This document shows, in pieces, positions 1 through 11,159 of a DNA stretch of 64,000 nucleotides (within the stretch, counting starts at the first letter, position 1; every line of letters begins with the position of its first letter). The notes below the pieces were generated by a model. It ran no database searches and was not told where the DNA came from. It was given only the letters and a program-made list of their open reading frames with translations. This stretch comes from Podospora anserina (taxonomy: Eukaryota): NCBI GenBank assembly GCA_017654855.1, contig CM030332.1, forward strand, positions 4,154,001 to 4,218,000, in the 5' to 3' direction. A program made the position numbers and the translations under genes.

Positions 1-46
1 CCCATCCTCCCCTTTCGTCCCCCCATACTAACCTTGTCCCCTTCAG

Positions 47-315
47 AAAAAGTCTGCATCATCACCACCGACGGCAGAACCCTGGTCGGCACCCTCGCCG
101 CGTACGACAACACAACCAACCTCGTCCTCCAAAACACCATCGAGCGTATCATCCGCACCCCCGATGACGCCGAGCCCTCGGCCCAGGTTCCCCTGGGCCT
201 CTACCTCATCCGCGGCGAGAACGTCTGCACGATCGGGCTCGTGGACGAGGCGCTAGACGACAGCATCAACTGGGCCGAGGTCAAGGGGGCTGTGATTGGG
301 ACTACGAAGCATTAA
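47..315 (+). CDS. LSM8: U6 snRNA-associated Sm-like protein LSm8, last exon (5' exon(s) lie outside the window)
   Basis: Sm fold KVCIITTDGRTLVGTL..YDNTTNLVL...LGLYLIRGENVCTIGLVDEALD, typical of Lsm8. Branch point TACTAAC at 26-32, acceptor CAG at 44-46, stop TAA at 313-315. Confidence 0.93.
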
Positions 316-576
316 GCAACTAAGAGGCAAAGACTGGGGAGGTTAAAGATTTGATAAATACAAAGGAGAAGGAAGAATGGCACGTTAAGAGCTGGGTTTT
401 GACTGTGAAGGAAATGATAATGGCCAGTTAAAAAGAGGTTTGGGAAGCGGCGGTTCTACTACAGCATTGGGAGAGGAAGCTTTGAGAAACAGTTATGGCG
501 TTTAGGAGTCGCACACATATATGTGCAATGGTTTGCCTCGATGGGTATGCCCTCTCTTTCTCTGTTATTTCACAAA

Positions 577-577
<1 letters not shown>

Positions 578-607
<30 letters not shown>
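578..607. repeat. (CA)15 microsatellite
   Basis: Read directly; lies between the convergent LSM8 and nucleoside hydrolase 3' ends. Confidence 0.95.
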
Positions 608-610
<3 letters not shown>

Positions 611-742
611 TTCGTTTTCGCTGACATTAACACGCAAAAGAATTCAAGAGATACCCCATGAGTAAAAGAAAAAAGCTGGTGATCATAGGAAGGAATCTAC
701 AGAGTTTTATTTTTCCCCGTCTCAGACAAGTTCTACCTACAC

Positions 743-2308
743 CTAGGCAAAGATTCTGTCCAGCAAAATACCAGCAAAGGCATCCTGGCCCGGCGACGAC
801 ACTACCCTGTTGATTCTGTTGCCCCTTCTCAGACTGAGCCAGCCCATCGTGTCACCAGGAACCTCATCGAACGTGACGGCATCCATTGGGTCCTCGGGGT
901 GTGTCTCTACTGTGCTGTCGACCTCGGCCGGCTTGGCTCTCCCACGGTTATCGATGACGTGCATGCCCCTTGTCCACTGGCCGCAGGTCTCGACTCGGAT
1001 GTCTTCTGGCTTGGGCACAGTCGTCCACTGGGGATGGTCGCGCGTCAGCATGTACCAGATGGTCAGCGGGTCATGAAGGGACAGGCCCTCGTTGTGACCC
1101 TCGCCGAGCATCGAGTCAATCTTGTTAAAAGTGCCATTCAAAAAGGTTTCAGTCCACTTGGCAAGGGGACTGCCTTGCTTCAGCAACGGCTGGATCTTTT
1201 GGTTGAAAGTCTCCTTGTGGAGCTCGTGGGGAGTAGTGATATCCAAGGGGAACAAGCTCAGCTTGAGTTGACGGGGCAACTTCTCAGGATAGGCACCCAG
1301 GACCGACTTGCCGTGTATTGTTGGTGGCATCGTCGATGAGGGGACCTTGGACGTGAGAGCGTAAACTCTGGCAGCGGCAACAGCATCGGCCATGCAGTTG
1401 AACTCGGCCACAGGAGTCACGTTTCCGATGGTGTTGACAGCACCTCCCATCACAACAAGCTCCTTGACGCGGAGGAAGGTCTCAGGGTCCTTGGCGGCTG
1501 CGAGGGCAACGTTGGTGAGTGGCCCAACGGCAACGACTGTGATGGTGTCCTCTGGCTCTTCCCTCAAGATGCGGAGGATCTCCTCGTGGGCAGGACCCTT
1601 GCTAGGGGTGAAGAAACGGGAGAATGATGGTGGCTCATCAGAGTCTGTAGCTCCCTCCACCTTGTCACCGAAAAGGGTGCGCCAGGTATCCGCGGGGCTC
1701 AGGTCAGGGTGCTACAGATACCAGTTTAGCCAAATGATGCCCCTATTCGCGATGTAAACAGATGGAAATCTTACAGCTGTGTGAACACCATGCAGCCCAT
1801 CCTCACCATCTATAACGCGGGTTAGGATTGTCCTCAGGACTCGAACTTTCCTAGACTAAACTTACGGAAATGGTCCGCCACCAGCTCTTCATCTTCCAGG
1901 GGATGAGAAGCACCAACGGCAACAATAGGCTTGTAAGCGTTCAAGGCACCAAAGGTAGGTTTGCCGTTGGCCTCGCGCCATTTCATTTCCTTCTCCAGCA
2001 CGTGAAACATGGCCACGACATTGCGGAGGCATCTGCAGCCGCGTCAGACATCAGTTCTCGACATGTTCCAGGAACTTTCCACAAGCGAGACCCGGGGGTC
2101 GTACCTTTGCAGCGGGACATTGCCGTATGTGACCGAAATCATGGCCACCTCGAGCTCCTCGGGAGAGGCGCTGAGGGCCAGCAACAGTGCCAGGACATCA
2201 TCGACACCTGGGTTGGCTGTGTTAGTACATATGCAGATATCGTGATTTTAGGTTTTGACAGTACCAACCTGGATCGGTATCAATGATAATGCGGTTCTTG
2301 GGCGCCAT
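743..2308 (-). CDS. Inosine/uridine-preferring nucleoside hydrolase family protein; exons 2308-2269, 2207-2105, 2032-1866, 1809-1775, 1711-743
   Basis: Spliced product gives IIIDTDPGVDDVLAL (DxDxxxDD motif), TYGNV, HGEDGL, GPLTNVA, MGG, AEFN and LHDPL. Four GT-AG introns join in frame. Confidence 0.92.
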
Positions 2309-3681
2309 GACTGGAATATCTGTGCTTGCAGAGAGGGTGCAAAATGCGGGGTTGCTGTGTATGTCCCAAGTGTACGAGTTGGAGACCCTGATGAGCTTTG
2401 ACAATGTAAAAAGATATAAAAAATGTGTGGCAAAGAGGAGGTAACACTTCTTATCTCAAACCGTCCAAGAGAATCACCTCAAGAGTTTTCGCGGCTCACA
2501 AGGAGAAGATGATACAGGCCCTAGGTCAAGGTCTTGAACTGATAACAAGGCGAGCCTGGTTTCCAGCAAAAGACTGGGAGCTTGTGCCGCCAGGATGGTG
2601 GGCAGAGATGTCCCACCTTCCTAGTCTGGAATCTTGCTGCTGTTCGATCCTGCTGACTGCAGCCCAGTCAACGGCCTCGTCCGCTTTGGTTATGTAGACA
2701 TTGGAGGGTTGTGGCCGCCATGTACGGGCAGTGCCGGTGAGGGTGCAGCTTCCCTATAAGAAGGCCATCCCAACGTCTTTGAGTTGCGGATGCCCCTGTC
2801 TTGGATGCTCATGCTGAACTGATTCACTGCCATGTGTCTCCACCACGATATCCGATAAGCCCTGATAGCTGAGGTGGTGAGATTGTTGACACTGAGAAGA
2901 GCATCTACTCCGTATCCATATCGGAAACAAAGCCAACAGGGAAAGATATGGGTCAAAAGAGTTGCTCTTGATACCTATCGAGCAATCTTTTCAATATTTC
3001 ACGTAACCTGCCAAATGTCATCATCAGTTTGGTCCAGCCTTCGTATCACCCCTGAACAGCTGCCGATATTGTCCAGCCAATCACGTGAAGCATCGCTGCC
3101 AAGTTGGGTCCTAGGGGTGTACCGTGCACTCTCTCCACCCTAGATGAAGCTGGCCAAGGGAAACGCAGCCGAACTTCTGAACACCTTTCACCTGGCCAGA
3201 CACGCCGCCGCTGTGGCTTTCCATCAAGACTTTTGAAGCCCTCTTTTCTCCTACCCAAAGCTCAGGAGCACTCGCAAATTCTTCCCCCCTTCTTCCCCCC
3301 AGATATCAAACCATTCACTCTACCCTCCCCCTCAGATCTCCCTCTTTCAATTCACTCAATTGACAAGTCGGCAAAGCACCCTCTGCTCCATAATACTCAC
3401 CCCTAGCCCATCAAGGCGAGAGAGACCCTTCTGGAGTATCCAGGTCTACCCCGACGTCGATCTGCTCAACGCAAAGACCATCCTCTCGACCAGCCGTCAT
3501 CTGCCAACCCCGCAGGAAGCTTCGAGCTCAAGCCTCTCGGTTCCCGTCTGCAACAGCGACCGACCGCGATTGCGACCGTCTTGTGAACACGCGAGGCTAC
3601 TGCGTTGACCGTCTTGTGCGTGTTGCGCATCTACATCGATACACCTATCTCTCCTAGAACACATCACACAACCCCGTCACA

Positions 3682-4974
3682 ATGGGTGTCAACATGTCAA
3701 CATTGGTCGGCTGGGCCGTCATTGCCAGCGCTCTCGTCGGTTACAAGGTGTATCTTGACAACAGGAACAGACCAGCTGTCCGTCAAGTTGCCCGCCAGCT
3801 TCATACCGAGAAGCCTGCTGGCCAGAACCGCAAAGAGCCCAAGGAGAAGGCGAAGCGACAAAGGGTGGAAGCTTACTCCAAAGACACCGAGGAGACGGGC
3901 AAGACCGCCCAGCTGAAGACTCGTGCCAGCAAGCCATCGGCTGCTTCCTCGAAACCCTCCAACGATAGCTCCGATGACGAGGTCGACAACAGGGAGTTTG
4001 CCAGGCAATTGGCCAGCATCAAGCAGGGCACAAACCTGAATGCCACCAAGAAGGCCGACGAGAAGAGACAAAAGTCGGTGAAGCAGTCTCGTGCCCAGGT
4101 CATTGACGAGAAGCCAAAGGAGCCCAAGGTCTCCGCTCCCTCCTCAACTGCCGGCGTTGACGCCGATGACGACGCGTCTTCGGCTGCTTCCCCTGCCGTC
4201 ACACCTGCGGATGCCGGCGATGTCTCGGATATGCTTGAGCCCAAGTCGTCCGGTCCCTCTGTCCTCCGCCTCACCGACACCGAGAAGGTGAAGCCCAAGA
4301 AGGAGAAGAAGGCCAAGGAGCCTGAGAAGACGGAAACCAAGAAGCAGAGACAGAACCGTCGTAAGAAGGAGCTTGAGCAGGTGCAGCGCCAAGAGGACGA
4401 GCGTCAGCGCAAAGTCGCCGAGGAGGCCCAAAGACGACAGGCCCGCATCGCCGAGGGTCGCGCTGCCAAGGACGGCTCTGAATTCACCAACAAGGCCGTC
4501 AAGGAGTCTGTCTGGACCGCCGGTAAGACTGAGAGCAAGCCTACCAATGGCCAGACGGCTCCTGTGCAGCCACTCGACACCTTCGACACCGACAGTTATA
4601 CCGATGTGTCTATTCCCACCCAAACCGACTCGACTTCCAAAGCCTCCACTGCTAAGCAGGCCGGTGCCCCAAACAACTGGATTGCCTCCCTCCCCTCCGA
4701 GGAGGAGCAGATGAAGATGATCGAAGATGAAGAGGCCTGGAACACTGTTCCATCCAAGAAGTCTAAGAAGAAGAAGACGGCCGAGGCCACCTCCCCCGCC
4801 GATAGCGCCGGCGAGTCTGAGCCAGTCGCCGCCACCAAGGCTCAGCCTGCCACAAAGCCCCGTGCTACCAATGGCACCGCTCCCAGCAGACCCGCCAAGA
4901 TCATCTCCCAGCAGTCATCCTTTGCTGCTCTGACTCCAAACGACGATGAGACCAGCAAGGAGTGGGATGTGTAA
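3682..4974 (+). CDS. Hypothetical protein, 430 aa: N-terminal signal anchor followed by a K/E-rich coiled-coil and disordered region
   Basis: Long ORF with strong C/G third-position bias and a good start context (CACAATGG). Hydrophobic stretch LVGWAVIASALVGYKVY at the N-terminus. Confidence 0.88.
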   Translation: MGVNMSTLVGWAVIASALVGYKVYLDNRNRPAVRQVARQLHTEKPAGQNRKEPKEKAKRQRVEAYSKDTEETGKTAQLKTRASKPSAASSKPSNDSSDDEVDNREFARQLASIKQGTNLNATKKADEKRQKSVKQSRAQVIDEKPKEPKVSAPSSTAGVDADDDASSAASPAVTPADAGDVSDMLEPKSSGPSVLRLTDTEKVKPKKEKKAKEPEKTETKKQRQNRRKKELEQVQRQEDERQRKVAEEAQRRQARIAEGRAAKDGSEFTNKAVKESVWTAGKTESKPTNGQTAPVQPLDTFDTDSYTDVSIPTQTDSTSKASTAKQAGAPNNWIASLPSEEEQMKMIEDEEAWNTVPSKKSKKKKTAEATSPADSAGESEPVAATKAQPATKPRATNGTAPSRPAKIISQQSSFAALTPNDDETSKEWDV

Positions 4975-7953
4975 ATTGGCAGTAGCGAGGCACGTCATGG
5001 AACAATGGAAGCACCTAAGGAGAGAGGCGACTGCACCGGATTCACCTTTACTTTCTTCGTTATTCGTCTCTCTTTCACAATGGGGATACGGGTTTCCATC
5101 ACGCAGTTTTAATCCCCAATTTGTTGTTATAACAAAATTTCACCGGTCTTTTTTCGTTCTCATTTCTCCCTGATTTGGCAAAAAAGGGCAACTGGAGTTT
5201 TGTTTGTGCATGTACATTACCCAAAAGGTCGTTTTAGTCAGGAGGGGGGAGGGGCTCGCCGTTCGTCATCGTCCTCCAACAGATAGGCCTCACCGATTTG
5301 CGCTTTTTTTCTGCAGTTGTTTTTCAGATTCGTGCTTTTTGTTCGCTCGGGCCAGCTCAACTTAGCGATGAACAAGAGGGAAGGGGTAATTTGACGAGGG
5401 GGGGGGGAAAGGATTGAGTTGCTTTTGTGCTTTTTCGCATCACGAAGAAAACAAACATGATTTGCAGCGGGGCGATGGATGGGAGGGAGAGGGAAGTATC
5501 TTAATGCTGGGTGAATTATCACGAAAGGGATGAGATGGGAATGGGAGTAGCTAGGGTTAGTTACTACTACTACTGAAGATGGCGACAATCATGAGGCCTG
5601 GTCGTTTTTTCCTTTTGTGACTTGTTGAAAAGGAAGCTGGCTGGCTGGTAGAAGTTGCGACTTTGTGGTTGGGGGAAATACACTATTACATGAATGATGC
5701 ATTACTTGTTGGTGATATTTGGACGTGAGTCATATGAAGAGTGCCATCTGTGGATTTCGTGCCAGTTACTGAGTGTTATGATAAAGGTAGGCATTTGGTG
5801 ATGCTGGTTTGTTTTCGATGATGGTGAAAGATATACGAAGTGAGAATTGAAATGAAGTTGTGTGGCTGAGGTACAGGGTTATAGTATCATGGGTCTAAGA
5901 TGATGCTGGGTTGGAAAGGGAGGCTCATTTAACGTGACGGACTCCGAACCGTGGGGTGGGGGGTTTGCCAAGGGTTTTTGACAGGAGATGAAATAATGGC
6001 TTCTAGAAGGGGACTAGAAAGTTGGGTAGAGATGTTGGATACATATATTGTGGTATGGATGTTTGGTTTATATTTCATCTTAAGATGGTATATCGTGATG
6101 GTCATATAGATAGTGTTGACAAAACTGGGGACTGAAAACAGTGAGAAACCCCGCCATCTCTTGCAGTGGGTAAAGTTTGGGGTTTCGTACCCAGGTGTGT
6201 AGCGGTGGTGATGTGTTTCGTTTGAGATGCACCACGGGAAGGACAAACTTGGTACCCGATGAGATGGGGGAGACCTTGGGGGCGGGGTAAATGGTGTGCT
6301 ATGATGGTGTTTACAGATCGCTTTGACATTGACACTGGAGGTCTAACAACAAGAGTGGATATATCGAGAGCCATTTTGGACATCGGTGCAGTGATGAGCG
6401 CGCCCTAACCAAAAAAATTAGGCATTTGGTTCATCAGGGACGGTGTTACAATTATCGAGAAAGTCCGTCGTCTGTTTTATGCAACCAAGTTGTCGGGGCT
6501 GGTGGGTGGTGGTGTACGACGGTTAAGTGGTGCAGCCAGCTGCTAGTTTAGGCAAGGCCCATGACATCTAATTGGGCAGGCGTAATGCGATGGAATTGCA
6601 TGTCTTGTTTGCCTTCGCTTGCAGATTGGGGAAGCTGGGGGGAGGGGACGAGTGCTAATTCGTGGGGGTGAGGCAGCTGCGTACTAGTTCAGGGCTGAGG
6701 TGAGGCTTTTATGTATGCCCAACTCCTACACGTCATCAGAGAGGAGGGGGATAGGTTGTAAGAAATGGCGAGAATTGTTCCTTCTTATGCTTGAGGGCTT
6801 GAGGGGAATGCGAAACGCCTCCTCATTGTTCGGAGTTTTGGGAGTGTGGGAAGGCAGAGTGGGGTTGCACATTTGATTTCCATCCCCCCCTGTTCCCATC
6901 GTGGTGCCTTACCCCCGGATTTGTTTCGCATGCAAATTACCAGCCCCTCGGGGGAATGCCCTTGCTGCGAATGGCTTGGTTCCCGCCTTGTTTAATCGTT
7001 TCTTCAACGTCAAGTTTGACTGCGGCTTTTCAGCTTTCTCCTTTGTTGCATTTTCGACTCCAACTTTCCCGTGTGTTTTGTGTGTTTCTCTGTGTTGCTT
7101 GTAAGTGTGTTTGTGTTGTGTGTGTTTTCCCCGCCAACAACAACCAGACAACCAACAGCTACACACGGCAGACATTACACATTTCTCACGACTACATCTT
7201 TGGATTCCTTTTGTTTTCTGGGATCTTTTCTTTCGATTTGGCCGCCCTTTAACTGTTGGTTTTTGGGGGCCAATTGACCAAAAGAAAGCCGCATCGAATT
7301 CCCGGAAACGCGAGCTTATGGAGAGCTCCGGTTGAAGGCCTTCCGACGTTTCCTTAAACGACCACGACTTCCCCCAAGAACACCAAGACCTGCCACGACA
7401 CAACAGAGTGTGCATCTCATCCTACCTAACCATTCGAACCCCGCGATTCCCCTCCTTTTATAATACGCACGATCAAGGCGCCGGATCTAGGGATTGGACC
7501 AAGAGCTGACGCGGCTGATCATTCGAGGCGCATCTGGGGCGCAGAAGGGACATCTTAGCTTTAAGCTTTCGAACGGTGTTCAACCCATCGTCCTCCTGGT
7601 CCCCCCCCCCGTTCCACCCTCAACGACTCAACGATCGACCGTCAACCACGACACTGGAACCTCGATTCAACAATCAATTCGACGTAACAGCCAACCCACC
7701 TGCGATATAGAACCTCGACACGATCTACTTTGCTCGCTACCTCAGCCCAGCTGCTGCATGACATGCTAACGATTGCCTGTTTCGGTGGTGTGTCAACGAC
7801 GGGCGCTACGGAACCCTAAGCGAAAGGCGACTACGATTGACGACACCCCGAAACTGTGATCATTCTTGGAGGATACATTGTCAGACATATTGTCGAAGAG
7901 AGGGACGAACTCGGTTCTAGAAAACGAATACTTACACGTCCGGTGGCCCAGCA

Positions 7954-9312
7954 ATGTCATACCTTTCCGCCGTCCAGTCGGCCCTCTTCTACTATCTGGC
8001 CTGCACACCATGTTACGCGTGCGTTGGAAACCACAAGGCGGCGAAGCAGGCCAAGAAAGAGAGAGAAATGAAGGCACAAATCATCTTGGAGCAGCCACAC
8101 TTGTACCGACATCCAGATCCATTCCAGACGAATCCCTACTGGGAAGAGGAAATTAAGATGGGTCCAAGCTTACCAAAGAAGGGGAAGAATATCGATCGGT
8201 CCAGCAAGAGCTTGAGTCAACGGCGCTTGACAGCGGCGAGCAGGGACGGCGGTGCGAGTATAGGCGCGGGCAGCAGCGTGATGTTCAACATGGGGAGTCC
8301 AACATCTACCGTCGGGCCCAGACCTTCAGTCAGCACGACCATTGCCCCTACGGTGGTAGGAGATGCGGAGATGGCGAGCCCGACGCTGAGCAAAACGATA
8401 TCGGTATCGACCGCCGATGACTGGAATCTGAAGCCATACCAACGCGAGGATGAGGAACTTTGGGGGCACGAGTATGAGAGTCAGAGGAGGACGCAGAAGC
8501 TCGTGGATGCTCTTAAGCAGGCTGGCTCGTCTGCTGGGCGGTTTGTCGAGTCCAAGCTTGGCTTGGAGAAGCAGGTTACTGAGCAGGACCGATACGACTT
8601 TTACTTTGCACCGAAAAACCCACCAGTCAACGAATACCACCCACCGGTTGTCAGCAGCAAGCCCGCCCACAAGGATGGGCTTCGCTGGATGTTGCAGCCT
8701 CCGCCGCCCGCCAAGGTCATGGAGGGCAAGGTACCGGTTAGCAGAAGCGCGAGTTTGATGAGTGTGAACTCGAGAAGGACGGTATCGACAGTGGGAAGCG
8801 GGTCATTGGGCAGACTGGTTGGCGAGAAGGCTCTTGAGGCTAAGAGTCGGAGAGGCGAGACGCCATTCGACGACAGGTTGTCGTCCGCGTCGCTTGCTAG
8901 GACAAGGTCAAGAAGGACAACCGTTTCGACCGTGCGGACAAGAAGCCGTCGGACTACACGAGCGACCAGCTTCTCGACCGAATCCGATGACTCCTCTGAC
9001 GATCTTCACCACCGAATGGCGAGAAGGAGAAACCACCGCCCAGTAGCCACTCCCGAAGTTGACTCTGACGACGAGAAGGAGTACAACACCAAGAGCATTG
9101 AGGCGGGTATTTCTGTCACCCCTCCCATGCCAACCCACCCAACACATGCTGCCCAAAAGCCAAGACTGGCTACCATCCTCAGCTCTGCGGTCGTTGACCA
9201 GGTCCCATCATCACAAAAGACATCCTCTTCGCCACTTCAAGAAGTCACCAACAGCACAACAACAGTCACGAATTCGAGATCAACAGAATCGTCTGGCAAG
9301 ATCACAGCTTGA
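7954..9312 (+). CDS. Hypothetical protein, 452 aa, Ser/Arg-rich, with an N-terminal Cys cluster
   Basis: Long single-exon ORF with ordered blocks (FYYLACTPC, YRHPDPFQTNPYWEEEI.MGP, NPPVNEYHPPVVSS, WMLQPPPPAKVMEGK) that look like a conserved Pezizomycotina family. Function unknown. Confidence 0.85.
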   Translation: MSYLSAVQSALFYYLACTPCYACVGNHKAAKQAKKEREMKAQIILEQPHLYRHPDPFQTNPYWEEEIKMGPSLPKKGKNIDRSSKSLSQRRLTAASRDGGASIGAGSSVMFNMGSPTSTVGPRPSVSTTIAPTVVGDAEMASPTLSKTISVSTADDWNLKPYQREDEELWGHEYESQRRTQKLVDALKQAGSSAGRFVESKLGLEKQVTEQDRYDFYFAPKNPPVNEYHPPVVSSKPAHKDGLRWMLQPPPPAKVMEGKVPVSRSASLMSVNSRRTVSTVGSGSLGRLVGEKALEAKSRRGETPFDDRLSSASLARTRSRRTTVSTVRTRSRRTTRATSFSTESDDSSDDLHHRMARRRNHRPVATPEVDSDDEKEYNTKSIEAGISVTPPMPTHPTHAAQKPRLATILSSAVVDQVPSSQKTSSSPLQEVTNSTTTVTNSRSTESSGKITA

Positions 9313-9391
9313 AAACATGAAAGGCTGATGATCATGTTTCCTTTTTTTTCGTTTCTTCCTTCTCTCAGTCTGTCTCTGGAAATTGGGAAAG

Positions 9392-9430
<39 letters not shown>
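9392..9430. repeat. (CAT)13 microsatellite
   Basis: Read directly; about 80 nt downstream of the 7954-9312 stop codon. Confidence 0.95.
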
Positions 9431-10130
9431 TATTATTGGGTGTTTTTATTGAACCTCATCAGCATATTTTTTTTGTGTTTTTCTGTGGTATCGAAACCTC
9501 TCGCATTTGCACATCAAGGGGGTCGGCAGGGGGTATCGTCGTTTGTTTTGTTTCAAATACTACTACTAGTTGTTTGTGCTGGGCGATGGTGTTGGAGGAG
9601 TTTTTGTCTTTTTATGGGGCTACCTAGGCCATCTCGCCTGGAAGGGGCTACAAATGCAAAATTGCCTTTACTGTCATCCGTCTTTTACTTTTAATTCCGT
9701 TTTTGTTTCCTGTCAGCATTGCACCAAAGTAAGAGCATGCCCTTGGATTTTGTCTACTTGTTTAACTGTCTCTCTCTCTATTGTTGGTGGTTGGGGCCTA
9801 GTTCCTAAACGTCTTTGGTCAAATACAGTGTTATGAAAAGGTGATGGGGTGGTTGTGGGGTGATGATGAGGTTGATGGCGAAGGTAGCGTGGTAGAAATT
9901 GAAAGAATTATCATTACAATCAGGTGCCAGAACAACTTGACGAGTGATGCCGTGCCTTGGCTGTTGGAAGACTTCAGGCCAGCATAAGATTTGTCTGCTT
10001 TTTCTAGCTTCACAGTAAGATATTGGCTAGATTTCTACCCTCCAGCTTTCCGTTTGAAACCCATTCATAATAGTAATACAAAACACCGATAACGCCCTTT
10101 TTTTCCCGCTTTAATCATGGCAATAAAAGT

Positions 10131-10682
10131 TCACAAATGCATACCCCCCTCCTCATCATCCACACCCATATCCCTCATCCTCTCCTCCATCCTCCGTCTT
10201 AGTTCCTCATCACCGATCGAGCCCCCTTGTTGTGCTTGTCCACCCCCGGCAACATCATCCATCACCACCTCCCCATTGACAATCCTCCCAGCCTGGAAAG
10301 TCCCATCCGTCCAGGCCGAGTGCCTTTCCCCATTTGTCTCTGCCACCACCCCAGGCTCTTGCTTGTCGAGTTTTTCTATTTCTTCTTTCGACTGGAACTC
10401 TGTCCAGCTGAGCCCGCGGGTCTCGACCTCTGCCTTGACGAGGCTGATGCGCTCTTGCATGCGGGCGATGACGATGTTGTTTTCGGAGATGGCTTCCACG
10501 CAGACGGGGTCGGGGGGACCGGAGGAGGGGTGGGCGAAGGGGTGGAGCTGCTCGTTGGAGTAGTCGAGGTGGGCGATTGAGTTGCGGAGCTCGAGGACTT
10601 TTAGGTGGAGGGAGGGGAGGGGGAGGGAGGGGAGGGCGGAGGCGAAGGCGGAGGGGGTTATGGGTGTGCTGGAGGATGACAT
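10131..10682 (-). CDS. TMA17: Tma17/Adc17-like proteasome assembly chaperone, 183 aa from ATG 10682
   Basis: PITPSAFASAL..L..ELRNSIAHLDYSNEQL and EAISENNIVIARMQERISLVKAEVETRG parallel yeast Tma17 as I recall it (PIQIEEFKTAI..EIENSINHLQRSN; DSVRENEIVL..ERVDAL). The upstream extension in the ORF track is low-complexity and probably untranslated. Confidence 0.75.
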   Translation of the reverse strand: MSSSSTPITPSAFASALPSLPLPSLHLKVLELRNSIAHLDYSNEQLHPFAHPSSGPPDPVCVEAISENNIVIARMQERISLVKAEVETRGLSWTEFQSKEEIEKLDKQEPGVVAETNGERHSAWTDGTFQAGRIVNGEVVMDDVAGGGQAQQGGSIGDEELRRRMEERMRDMGVDDEEGGMHL

Positions 10683-11159
10683 TGTGGTTGTGGTTGAATA
10701 GATGGGTTGGTGGTTCGGGTTGGAGTTGTCGAGTTGAGGGGGATTGGGAGTTGGGGAATAAGACTGGGGGGCGTGGAGAGTGTGTGGTGTTTTGTTTGAA
10801 AGGTTGACTGTTCTGTTTGATGGTGGAACGCTGCTGGATGGAAGAGCTTCGATTGATGGCGGCGGCGGCAAAACAGCCAGGGTCCCACGTGGAGCAGTCG
10901 CCCTGGCTCCCGCAGTGGGGTCGCTTGATGGAATGTAATCTGACCAATCAGACACACCAATATTGCCGGGACGTGCCGGAAAGAAGTGGTGGGTTCAAGG
11001 AACGCTTTCGATTTCCGTCTTTTCTATTTGGTAGCGGAGGGCCCAAGCTTCCTGTTCCACCACATTCAACCCACCATTTCCCGCTCCACCAAAGCTTTCC
11101 CACAGTTTGATGGTCAGTTTGCGCAAGTCGGCGCAACGGCTGGCGCCTGATTTGCGACA

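Noticed and set aside
2661..2683. Minus-strand DEAVDWA resembling the LSM8 C-terminus
   Set aside because: Too short, with no flanking similarity; likely coincidence.
7071..7180. GT-rich then CA-rich tract as a small-RNA hairpin precursor
   Set aside because: Pairing is imperfect and explained by simple-sequence composition.
10683..10955. N-terminal extension of TMA17 in the ORF track
   Set aside because: Non-ATG start, low complexity, and family similarity begins at ATG 10682.
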